A DNA stretch of 64,000 bases from Octopus sinensis (Eukaryota). The stretch spans positions 53,506,001 through 53,570,000 of the forward strand of contig NC_043007.1 in the NCBI RefSeq assembly GCF_006345805.1. The letters run 5' to 3'. Every line of letters starts with the position of its first letter. Position 1 is the stretch's first letter. The translations under genes and the position numbers were made by a program. The notes beneath the pieces were generated by a model. That model saw only the letters and a program-made list of their open reading frames with translations. It did not search any database and was not told where the DNA came from. This document shows positions 44,880 to 56,049 of this stretch, piece by piece.

Positions 44880-45520
44880 AATCATATAAAAACTCATTTC
44901 TGTAACTCCTCTTTTGACACTGAAAGATTATCTATTGGATTTCAACCATAACCCATCTACTAGGCTGATTAACTCAACAAAATCAAATATAGGTAGACTT
45001 AGCAAATGTATATTAGATAGGATACTATTGAAGCTCAGAGAAGTTGCCTCTTTAGCCATATTGAGTAATTCCATTTTAGTGGCAGACTGTTTCAAAGGTA
45101 TCCTTAATAAGGTATGTACAAAATTCATTCAATTAATAATTATTATACCTCCATTACATTACCTCTATTTCTTACGACTAAAACTATAAATGATATTAGC
45201 GGTTCCAAGGTCATGTGATTATTCCTGCTGACAAAACTCATGTTATAATATTTCTATTTGAATAAAATAAAATTCACAAATACCCCTTTTGATGGGTGTG
45301 AACAATTTGACCAAAATCGCTGACCTTATTGGCCTATTTATTCTGTTCTCCCAATTTAGGAACAAATTGTATTGGGATGGTGGCTATTGCAACCCCTGGG
45401 CTTATAGATAAATTTTAAAAGGACCTCATTGGCCTCTTCAAAGGCCTTAATCTGTTCATTACATAAAACACAAATCTATCTATAGCAGAAGTTTGCAAAA
45501 TTCTAATATTATTAATCCCC
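44880..45520 (+). mobile_element. PLE RT fragment
   Basis: DFNHNPSTRLINSTKSNIGRLSK...; KIADLIGLFILF is homologous to ICDLIGLFLL of the 19.6-kb PLE. Confidence 0.65.
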
Positions 45521-45574
45521 TTCATGGAAACATTGATAATTTTTTGATAGCCATCATGTACATTTCTAAAATAT

Positions 45575-46480
45575 AATGGAGATTAATATTGGCTTATTTT
45601 AGTTTAGAAGTCTATGAGCATTGTTTGGCTTTGGATAATTGTATCATCTTGGAAACATTTTTGTATTTTGTTATATTTTCACTCTAAATCTCCCAAATAG
45701 AAAAAACTGCATTTTAATAAAAAATTTCTTGATTTCAAAACAATCATTCTTTCATGTCATTACTGCTTTTTGATAAATATTTGGAAAAATTTAATGAAAT
45801 TAATAAAGAACAATAAAAATGCATTCATACAGATGTAGTCAGAATATTTAACATGAGATGAACACTAGTTATTGCATTGATACTTGTCTGGAAATTATAT
45901 TACGCTAATAATCAATTCATTTTGTTTATCTCCTTTGTTAAAAGTGAATTTGCATAACTAAAACCTACTTCAACCATGGAAATGTTAGTAAAAAGGGCCC
46001 GACTTGCACTAAGCTCAGGGTGTTTACTTTTTGTATATTGCTCTAATAATCATTCAGATTTTTGTTTTTAAATAAGGAATTAGCTTCAAGATCTATGCAC
46101 ATAATAATGAGCTCATCCTGTGACTTGGATCAATGCCTGCAATTTCTTTTTCCAAATCAAAAATATGTAACTATTAAGTACATACATTTTTTCCAGGTTT
46201 TAAAAAAGAAATTTAATGTCTTTCTTTAATTTTCCTATATGGTTTATGTATATTTCTAGGTTAGTATTTGAAAATTTTCCTTTTTTGTCATTTTCCAGCT
46301 ACCATAAATTTGAAAGATATCTGTAATTTCTGCATACCAATGGAGATTAATATTGGCTTATTTTAGTTTAGAAGTCTATGAGCATTGTTTGGCTTTGGAT
46401 AATTGTATCATCTTGGAAACATTTTTGTATTTTGTTATATTTTCACTCTAAATCTCCCAAATAGAAAAAACTGCATTTTA
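45575..46480. repeat. Pair of apparently identical 142-bp direct repeats (45575..45716 and 46339..46480)
   Basis: AATGGAGATTAATATTGG...AAAAAACTGCATTTTA occurs twice. Confidence 0.9.
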
Positions 46481-46529
46481 CACTTTTTTTTAATAGTCTA
46501 CATCCATAAAAAACTCGACACTAGTTTTA

Positions 46530-49500
46530 GATGTATGTATGTATGTATTCTGTATATTCATGTTTGTGTGTGTGTATGTATATAGGTTTTTGTGACTATG
46601 TACTGTGTCTGTATGTATGGATGTGTATCCCCATATGTGTGGATGTGTCACCATATGTATACTTGTGTGAAGTGAAGTATGTTTCAGTCTTCATTTGCAT
46701 GTGTGTGTGTGTGTGTATGTGTGCTTGCCTGTTCATATTACCTAGGTACCTATCTGTCTGTATGTCTATCTGTTTACTTTCATATCTATTTGCCTGCATA
46801 CAAACACACATACATTTACATAACAGCCTACTAACTATTCTACCTGTATATAAATATAAACTGGGGGTATGATTATCTACTACGTATATTTTCTATCTAG
46901 TACTGGGGATGTTTCATTTATGAGGATGTACTCCTGTATTTATCTGAGTGTTTGGATAAAATGCAGATGTCGAGTTGACCCAGGTTGCTTCCATGTTGGT
47001 AGAGTATGGAGGACTGTTTTTTTGTTGTCATATTGTCTCAAAGGTTCATTTAGTCTTTCTGCAATGCTACTTGTTGACTCCCTTATGTATGTCATGTTCA
47101 TGTCTTTACAACCACTGTAAACTACATTTCAAGTTCTACAGTTAATGCCAGAGCTAATCCTACATACCATGTAGTTATCATTAGTGCATAAGATATTCTC
47201 AAAGGGGTACATCCTACATAGTTGTGATCTGATGACGTTCCCTGGTTTTTCAATAATCTTAATGTTGAGTTTGGTCTCCTTCAGAGCTTTTCTAAATCTA
47301 CGGATTAATTCTCCATGGGCTGTGGCCTCTACAAACATCACTCCTTGATATTTGTCGGTTTTATACCACGTGTTCACCCTGTTTGCTTTGTCACAAGCTC
47401 TTTGTATCCTATTCCAGTCTTTGTTTTTATATCTAGGGCAGGTCCCTAGAAATGTCCCCAGATGTCTGTGTGAGCATGGAAGATCTCAGTAAAATCAATA
47501 CTTGCAACCACTCCAACGACCTGTAGTGTAGTATGGATGTGATTTCACTCTACCCATCTATAGACATAGATTTTGCTGTGGAGAAATGCACTGAGATAAT
47601 CTGAGAGTGAAGTAGAGTTCCGTGAAGTTAACACAAGGGAACTGGGCTTCCCCCTTATACTATGCTATGACAGTGGCTATTTAGATGACCATGACCTCAG
47701 TAGATTCTGCCCCACCAGGTCACAGAGGGGAAGACCACCCACCATCACCTCAGCAGTGAAGAAAAGCACCACAGAGTGCTGGAGTGGCTGGACTGTACCC
47801 ACCCAAAACCTTGAGAACAACAATCAGGTGAAAGAAATGATTGCACATGCAACAGGAGCTAGCATAAGAACCATGCAGGTTCACGGTGCAGCCATTAGTG
47901 TCAGTGTAGCTGATGTCGCCAGCTTCTTCATGACCTGGTGGGACAGAAAATTTAAGCAGTCCTTAGCAGAACAGTCCACAACTCTTCTACTTTACAGTAG
48001 GTATGTAGACAACATAAATATCCTAGTTAAGACCAACTCTAATAACTGTAATGTAGAAACTGAGAGGAACATTACGGAGATAATCCAGCAAGTAGTTAAC
48101 TCCATCCACCAAAGTATCAAGCTAACTATAGATTACCCCACTAGTCACCCCAGCAATAGACTCCTTGCCCTTGATACTGAACTTTGGTTAGAGACTGTGA
48201 ACAACAGAGTGCAGCTCCTCCACTCCTATTACATGAAAGCTGTAGCTTCAAAATATGTTGTTCACAAGAACTTAGCTTTGTTACACTGTGCTGGTATGGC
48301 CATGTGGTGAGAATGGATGTGAATAGCTGTGTGAAAAAGTGCCACACCCTAGTGGTTGAGGGAACCTGTGGAAGAGGTAGACCCAGGAAGACCTGGGATG
48401 AGGTGGTGAAGCATGACCTTTGAACATTGGGTCTCACCGAAGCAATGACTAGTGACCGGGACCTTTGGAAATATGCTGTGCTTAAGAAGACTCGGCAAGC
48501 TCAAGTGAGACCATAACCTTGTGGCCTATGCCAGGGGTGTAACCAGCCCACTTATGCATACCTTTCCTTCATTGGACACTAAACTCTGCTTGCAAAGACC
48601 TGTTGAGGCAAGTGAAATTGAAATTGAAATCAAATTCGATGACTGGCATCTATGCTAGAGGAGCGCTAAGAGTACCCTACAAGCATGATTGTTGCCAGAG
48701 CAACAAGCTGGCCTCTGTGCCGGTGGCATGTAAAAAACACCATTCAAGCATGATCGTTACCTGCGCCGCCTTACTAGCACTTGTGCTGGTGGCATGTAAA
48801 AAAACATTTGAGCGAGTTTGTTGCCAGTGCCGCTGGACTGGCTCCTGTGCAGGTGGCACATAAAAAGCACCATTTGAGCTTGGCCGTTGCCAGTACCACC
48901 TGACTGGCCCTCATGCCAGTGGCACGTAAAAGCACCCACTGCACTCTCAGAGTGGTTGGCGTTGGGAAGGGCATCCAGCTGTAGAAACTTTGCTAGATCA
49001 GATTGGAGTCTGGTGCAGCCATCTGGTTTGACAGACCTCAGTCAAATCATCCAACCCATGCTAGCATGGAAAGCGGACGTTAAACGATGATGATGATGAA
49101 CATGAAAATTAACATACTGAAAGCAGACTTATTTAGGATAATGAACAATGGGTCCCCACTATGCAAACCCTATGAAACGAAGAAACATATACAAAACTTC
49201 ATGCACTGCATGTAATTCTCTGGATATGATCAGAAAGATAGGGTTCGAGAACACAGGAGTGCTAGAAAGAAGTTAGATAACATTATATGTAATGAAACCA
49301 GTGGTATCTGCCCTAGATATAGAAGCAAAGACTGGAATAGGATACAAAGAGCTTGTGACAAAGCAAACAGAGTGAACACGTGGTATAAAACCGACAAATA
49401 TCAAGGAGTGATGTTTGTAGAGGCCACAGCCCATGGAGAATTAATCTGTAGATTTAGGAAAGCTCCGAAGGAGACCAAACTCAACATTAAGATTGTTGAA

Positions 49501-50282
49501 AAACCAGGGAACGTCATCAGATCACAACTATGTAGGATGTACCCCTTTGAGAATATCTTATGCACCAATGATAACTGCATGGTATGTAGGACTAGCTCTG
49601 GCATTAACTGTAGAACTTGAAATGTAGTTTACAGTGGTTGTAAAGACATGAACATGACATACATAAGGGAGTCATCAAGTAGCATTGCAGAAAGACTAAA
49701 TGAACCTTTGAGACAATATGACAACAAAAAAACAGTCCTCCATACTCTACCAACATGGAAGCAACCTGGGTCAACTCGACATCTGTATTTTATCCAAACA
49801 CCCAAAGGATCCAACACTCAGATGAATACAGGAGTACGTCCTCATAAATGAAACATCCCCAGTACTAGATAGGAAATATACATAGTAGATAATCATACCC
49901 ACAGTTTATATTTATATACAGGTAGGATAGTTAGTGGGCTGTTATGCAAATGTATGTGTGTGTGTGTGTGTATGTGTATATGCACATGTATGTAGGCAAA
50001 TGGATATGAAAGTAAACATAGACATACAGACGGATAGTTACATAGGTAATATGAACAGACAAGCACATACACACACACACATATGCAAATGAAGACTGAA
50101 ACATGTGACCATATTCACACACACATCACTTCACACAAGGATACATATAGAGACACACATCCATACATACAAACACAGTACATAGTCACAAAACCCCATA
50201 CACACAGACACACTCAGACATGTACACACACACACACACATAAAAACACACAAACACATGAATACACAGAATACATACATAG
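46530..50282 (+). mobile_element. Penelope-like element with inverted terminal duplication (arms 46530..47441 and 49308..50282)
   Basis: SRYVDNINIL, LLALDTELW and HSYYMKAVASKYVVHK (RT/thumb). ORF NTWYKTDKYQGVMFVEAT... is present on both strands, followed by a GIY-YIG-like VVYSGCKDMNMTYIRESS..ERLNE. Confidence 0.8.
48290..49098 (+). mobile_element. RTE LINE 3' end inserted into the PLE ORF
   Basis: WYGHVVRMDVNSCVKKC...WDEVVKHDL plus 3' UTR plus (GAT)n. The PLE reading (VVHKNLAL.. / NMKINILKAD) resumes on both sides. Confidence 0.85.
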
Positions 50283-50677
50283 AAATGTACACACATACAT
50301 ACATATATACATACGTGCACACATACATTCATGTGTATGCACACACACACTGACCCACACATGTGCACAAACAAACAAAAAGAATGCAGCTTGGATAACA
50401 GAGTCAACAACTATTGAAAAGGTTGCAAGATGCAACAAAAATTTTAGGAAAATAAGTAAATGAGTGGAAATTTTACCAGTGAATGTGTTAAATTATTAGG
50501 TACTAAAAGAGAATGACTCTCCCCAGACACAACAGAATATGCTTCAACACATGAACTTACATAAAGAATCTGGCAAACCAAATCCAAAAATGAAATAATA
50601 TACATAAATTTATATTTGCCAGGACCTTTAATAATTTCTGTATTTTGCAATACCCTAAATTATTCTTAATTTTTTAT

Positions 50678-51138
50678 TTATATTTCAAACAAACACCATT
50701 TTCCTATATTACTTCATAATTTTAAAAAACTACGACTCGTTAAATTATACAAATTTCACATTTGATATTTCTGAGGAGCAGAAGAGTTATCTATAAATGC
50801 TTATCAATGTAGGATTCCATTACTCTATATTATCTAAGTCTATGAACTATATTTGGAATACAAGACAATATAATGGATTTTACACATAACTATTATAGAT
50901 TATTACAGAAGAATTACCAAGGAAGCAAATATGGACTCTCATACTAAAGTGTACTTACCAAAATCAAAAGCAGTAGTTTTTCATTTTTAACTTATATTTC
51001 AAACAAATACCATTTTCTCATATTACTTCATATTTCTAAAAAAACTACCATTCGATAAATTATACAAATTTCACATTTTATATCTCTGAAGAGCAGAAGA
51101 GTTGTCTATAAATGCTTATCAATATAGGATTCCATTAT
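50678..51138. repeat. Pair of about 145-bp imperfect direct repeats
   Basis: TTATATTTCAAACAAA.ACCATTTTC...AGGATTCCATTA at about 50678..50822 and 50992..51138. Confidence 0.8.
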
Positions 51139-51529
51139 AGGGACAGCACTTCTGCGAAACAATTGTAAGATGCTTTAAAAACTTAATTTGAAACTTTTAA
51201 AATGTCATTATTATATATTTATACTTATACATATTTACATATATTTATATATATTCATATTTGTAATACAACAATTATTTTACACATATATATATCTTTC
51301 TGAAGAATTTTCTAATATTAACACACAGAGTGTGTTTCTTAAATGGCTTACAAACACCTTCCACGCTGCAATTGTTTTCGTTCTAGCACAAGATCTCAGA
51401 TCAAATCACTTGCTATGCGAGTACATCTCCGTATTTCTAATATTGATTTCCTGATATTAATGATAATATATTATATAAACTATATATATATATATATTGA
51501 TAAAAAACAGTAATATATCTATGTGTGTA

Positions 51530-51745
51530 TGTGTGTGTCTTTATGTCTGTGTTTGTCACCACCTACCACTTGACGACTGGTGTTGGTGTGTTTACGTCCC
51601 TGTAAATTAGTGGTTCAACAAAAAAACACTGACAGAGTAAGTACCAGGCTTTCAAAAAGGTCCAGGAGTTGATTTGTTCAACTAAAACCCTTCAAGGTGG
51701 TGCTGTAGCATGGCCACAGTCAAATGACTGAAACAAGTAAAAAGA
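51530..51745 (+). mobile_element. SINE family B, 3' half
   Basis: Matches 15275..15475 (CTGGTGTGTTTACGTCCCTGTAA...CAAATGACTGAAACAAGTAAAAGA). Confidence 0.7.
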
Positions 51746-51879
51746 TAAACATGTACATATAAAAATACACACGCACACAAACTGGTATCATGTGTTTTGT
51801 TCATGTTTCCATATGTGCATACAATTATTTATAGGATTTTACAGATTTTTGGCACTAAACTTGTTTTTCCTGTGAATCA

Positions 51880-53100
51880 TATGATATTATGCATATGTGC
51901 TATGCACATAAATTTGTGTAGTTAGTGAATCCAACATAAGTTCTCGGGAGTACATATCTGTAATGCATAATATACATATAATCGATACTTAAAAACTTAC
52001 CCATGTTAGAGGGTGGCATAATGGGTAGGGGTTCATGCTTGAAATTTCGAAGTATGAATTGTTGCTTGTGCATGCAAAGGGAGAAGGTTTCCTCCTTAAT
52101 TTTTAAAATGTTCATTGCTGATGTTATAATATTTAATTTTTCCAAGATACAGAGATTGCATTTGCTGCCTTGTCTCCTATATTTGCTGGACTTAGTTGTG
52201 GTGCTCCAGTTTATATAGAGGTTGTTCATGTTCCTCTTTTTAAGTGTCCATGATCAGAAAGATAGGGTTCGAGTACACAGGAGTGTTAGAAAGAAGTTAG
52301 ATAACATTATACGTAATGAAACCAGTGGTATAGAAGCAAAGACTGGAATAGGATACGAAGATAAAGATGTTGTGTTTTTTGTTTTTGTCCCTGAAGGAAC
52401 GCTACAAATATCTCTCCTTGAAGGTGTTTCCTGTCATTCTAACGTAAGTTCTTGTTGTTTCAGTCAAATATGTGATGCTGACCTTGTATACTAATTCTTT
52501 TTCCAGGAAACTATTGTTCAGGAGACAGTTATCTGGGGATCTACAGTTACTGGATCTTTAGGGGTTGTTTCTAAGGTTGTTATTCTTATTGTGAGTGTCA
52601 TTGATCCTATGTTGGGGAGGCAAGTATAACTAACTTTAATTGTATTTCCTTTGAAGATTTGTGTAAAGGAAGGAAATGGGTATCTATAAGTTTCAATTTT
52701 TCTGGCTATATTTGTAGCACATTCATACAGTATGGAAGATTATACCATAATATTTTCCTCTGTCCACATCGCTTTGGTTTATCTAAGTTTGGTTCAGTAT
52801 AGGTTGTACTAGTCTTAAAATGGACTTTTCTAATATGGTTTTGTGATATGAGGTTGCCTTTCTGAAAGTAGCTTAAATAGCAGACAGGCTGGAAATATGC
52901 TTACTAATACTGTTAATTAATCATTTGATTATGGGTGGTGGATGGTTAGATGTCAATGTAGGAGGTGTCCTCCTTTGGTTTATGGTAAGGCCTAAATTTA
53001 CCTGTGCTAAGATTCACATTAATGTCTAGGAAATTAACTTCTTTAAGGTTAGTGTTTATTGTAGTTTTCAGGTTCACTAAATATTTTGCATTATTTTTTC
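51880..53100 (-). mobile_element. PLE 3' portion (thumb + GIY-YIG), decayed
   Basis: Minus strand gives KEVNFLDINVNLSTGKFRPYHKP; ELVYKVSI..TYVRMTGNTFKERY; KNTTSLSSY..WTLKK; KCNLCILEKLNII. Confidence 0.8.
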
Positions 53101-53399
53101 CCCTAATTTATCCATATCGTATTGTTAGCATATATATGTATTATTTTACTACTACCATTGCTTCAACTACTACTACTACTACTACTGCCTTTGCTGCTAC
53201 TACTATCCCCTTGCTACCAACACCATGACAACAACGGCCATTACCACTGCTACTGCCACCACATCAGCAATAACAACTACAACAACAACTACTAAAATTC
53301 AAACTTGCTCTGTCCAGAGAACCATGCCTTGAAACCTCCAGGCCAACTTACACTGTATTCTTTGAAACATGAGGCCCCGAAGGAAGAAGTAATGAAGAG

Positions 53400-53680
53400 A
53401 AGACCAATGGCACAGCCTGCTCATAAAATTAACATGCATGTGGGTAAGCACTCCACAGATATGTGTACCCTTAATGTAGTTCTCAGGATGATTCAGCGTG
53501 ACACAGAGTGACAAGGCTGACCCTTTCAAATACAGGTACTACTCATTTTTGCCTGCTGAGTGAACTGGAACAACATGAAATAAAGTGTCTTGCTTAAAGA
53601 CATACCATGTCACCAGGAATTGAACTCATGACTTTGCAATCATGAGCCGAATCCCCTAACTACTAAGCCACATGCCTTCA
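53400..53680 (-). mobile_element. tRNA-head SINE (family A)
   Basis: Homologous to 14683..15004. The reverse complement has GGCATGTGGCTTAGTAGTTAGG..GAGTTCAATTCC. Confidence 0.7.
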
Positions 53681-54607
53681 CTATAACTCCAGTAAGACCA
53701 ATTCTATCTGCATTTGTGTCTATTTTGAATAGTTATAAGTTATTCTTTCTGTTGGTGATCAAAACAATTAGTAACAGACCCTTGATGAAGCAATAAAAAT
53801 ATTGAACTGAGTCAAACTGATGTCTATTTCTTGATCAGAAAGTGAAAAGTATGTACTTTCATGACAGTTTTGTACTTTTCACATCTACTTTTCATCACAA
53901 CAAATATACAGTGAATTTGTTGAAACACTAACTGGTAAGACCACCATACATCATTATTCCTACATACATACAATTTCCATCAACTAAATTCCACTATGGT
54001 AGAAGACATCTACCAGATGCCACACAGTAGCATTAAATCACATGGCTAGAGGCATTGTATTCTGCTATTAGTTTTATTTAATTAACCCCTTCAACACTAA
54101 GCCACTTCTGTAAAACTATTGAAATTTAAACCAAAAACTAAAACTAAAATCTTGTTATTACAAGTTAGATATCAATAGGTAAGGCTGTCTTTTTATTAAG
54201 TTGCTTCACTAAACTGCTTTTCAATTTTGATTTCCATCCCCTTGAACTTTTCTTCTATAAGACCTTGTAATTGCTTCTTTTCAAGGAATTGACATCCATG
54301 CATACATGAAAATGTAAATATTTATATGAGGATCAAGTTTTCATGAAATAATAAAGATTTATTGACCAGCCAGGAGAATACAGATGGATATAATTAAATT
54401 CTAAGACACGACTATCAAACTTTTACACTAAAACTAAATATGAATACTTTACGAAAGATATTTTTATTGCGTATTCAAACAATGTGGGAATTATCTGTGC
54501 TAGATTAATTTAGACATATGTTGCTACAGCCAGCTGCTGTATTTTATTGATTGAGATTTCAAATACGGCCATATTTTATATAAACTATGTTAGTAGTTCA
54601 ATTTGTA

Positions 54608-55430
54608 ATATATCACCATCATTTAGTATCTGTTTTCCATGCTGGCATGAATTAGACAGTTTGACAGGAATTGGTAAGCTGGAGAGCTGCACCAGGCTCC
54701 AATCTGTTTTGGCTTGGCACAAGTGCCTTTTACATGTCACCAGCATGGGTGCCTTTTACGTGTCACTGGCACTGGCCACAACTATGATTTCACTTAGCTT
54801 GACATGTTTCTCAAGCACAGCAAATTGCCAAAGGTCATAGTCACCTGTCATCACCACCGTGAGACTCAACATCTGAAGATCATACTCCCACATCATCTTG
54901 GGTCTACATCTTCCATAGGTTCCTTCCAAAGTTAGAAATCGACACTACTTTATGCAGCTATCCTCATCCATACACATCACATAGCCATACCATTGCAGTT
55001 TTCTCTCTTGCACACTACATCTGATGCCTCTTATGCCCTATTTTTCTCTTGAGACACTTACAATCTGTCATATGTACACACTGACATTGCATATCCAGCA
55101 CAGCATACTAGCCAAAGCCCATGTTTCACTGCTCTGTTGCATTGCTGTTCACACACAAGCATCATACAGTCTACCTTTCACTCTGAGAGAGAGGCCCTTT
55201 GTCACCCACAAAGGTGCAAGCTCTCTGAACTTCACCTGGCCCATTTTTATTTTAGCAGGGAAAACAAAACTGCTTCTCATCTACAATAACTCTCTTCCTA
55301 ATTAGTTGGGCTATGACCCTCTCAGTACTTTTCATCATCTGATCCAACAATTTGATACCTCAGTAATTATTTCTATCTGAGGCATCTTCACCTCTGTAAC
55401 AGTTGACTATAATGTTGCTACATTCTCCTA
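54608..55430 (-). mobile_element. Old RTE LINE 3' portion
   Basis: Degenerate (CAT) tail TTTAGTATCTGTTTTCCATGCTGGC, plus RT C-terminal fragments similar to 41000..41450. Confidence 0.7.
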
Positions 55431-55517
55431 GAGGCATGCTTTAACAAAAGCTGAGGGGCACCTCACTCCCAGTGGTCTTTCAGCATGCCGGACACTACTG
55501 GTTAGTAGTTGGTAGTG

Positions 55518-55967
55518 TGTAGAAGCTGTCTGTCAATAGAGAGTAAAAGAGTAAGGAGTGCACTGTGCTGACTAGAAAGGAGGAAAGGATAAAGGTGGCA
55601 TTGTCTTTCTTGCGGCCAAAAGCCTCTCTTTGCATGTTGGGCGAAGGGAAGTGCTACTCTTGGTCAAGGCTGATGCAAAAGCAGGAGCTGCTCTTTGGTC
55701 TGGATGACACAAAACAGAGTGTTTCTCCTTGGTCTGGTTGACACCAAAGAGGGAGAGATAGGAAATTCTTTGTTATATAGACTGGTCAGTAATGTAGGTC
55801 AAACCCTAAACAAAGAACTGACCTTTCCTTGATCAGCACGAGTCCTAGGGGGTAGAATGTTTCCTCATCAATCATCTAGTGTGGAGAGGATTTCTCACTT
55901 GTTTTGACAAGAAACAAGCAGGTAGATTTGGTTTCAATCTCAGGCAGGATCAAGCTAGATCCCTACA
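55518..55967. repeat. About 450-bp LTR-like repeat, copy 1 (TGTAG...CTACA)
   Basis: Direct repeat of 57849..58342 with short inverted termini. Confidence 0.7.
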
Positions 55968-56049
55968 CTACTCCCCTGCTAGAGAGTTTCTATAAAAGGA
56001 AATGAATGATCTAAGGAAAAATGCATTTTAGAACAAGGTGAAAATAACG

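Noticed and set aside
50083-50463. His/Thr- or Cys/Val-rich ORFs (also 14398..14750, 16594..17022, 21161..21623, 27282..27974, 46531..46872)
   Set aside because: They are translations of CA/GT/TA microsatellite-rich sequence with no domain signal.
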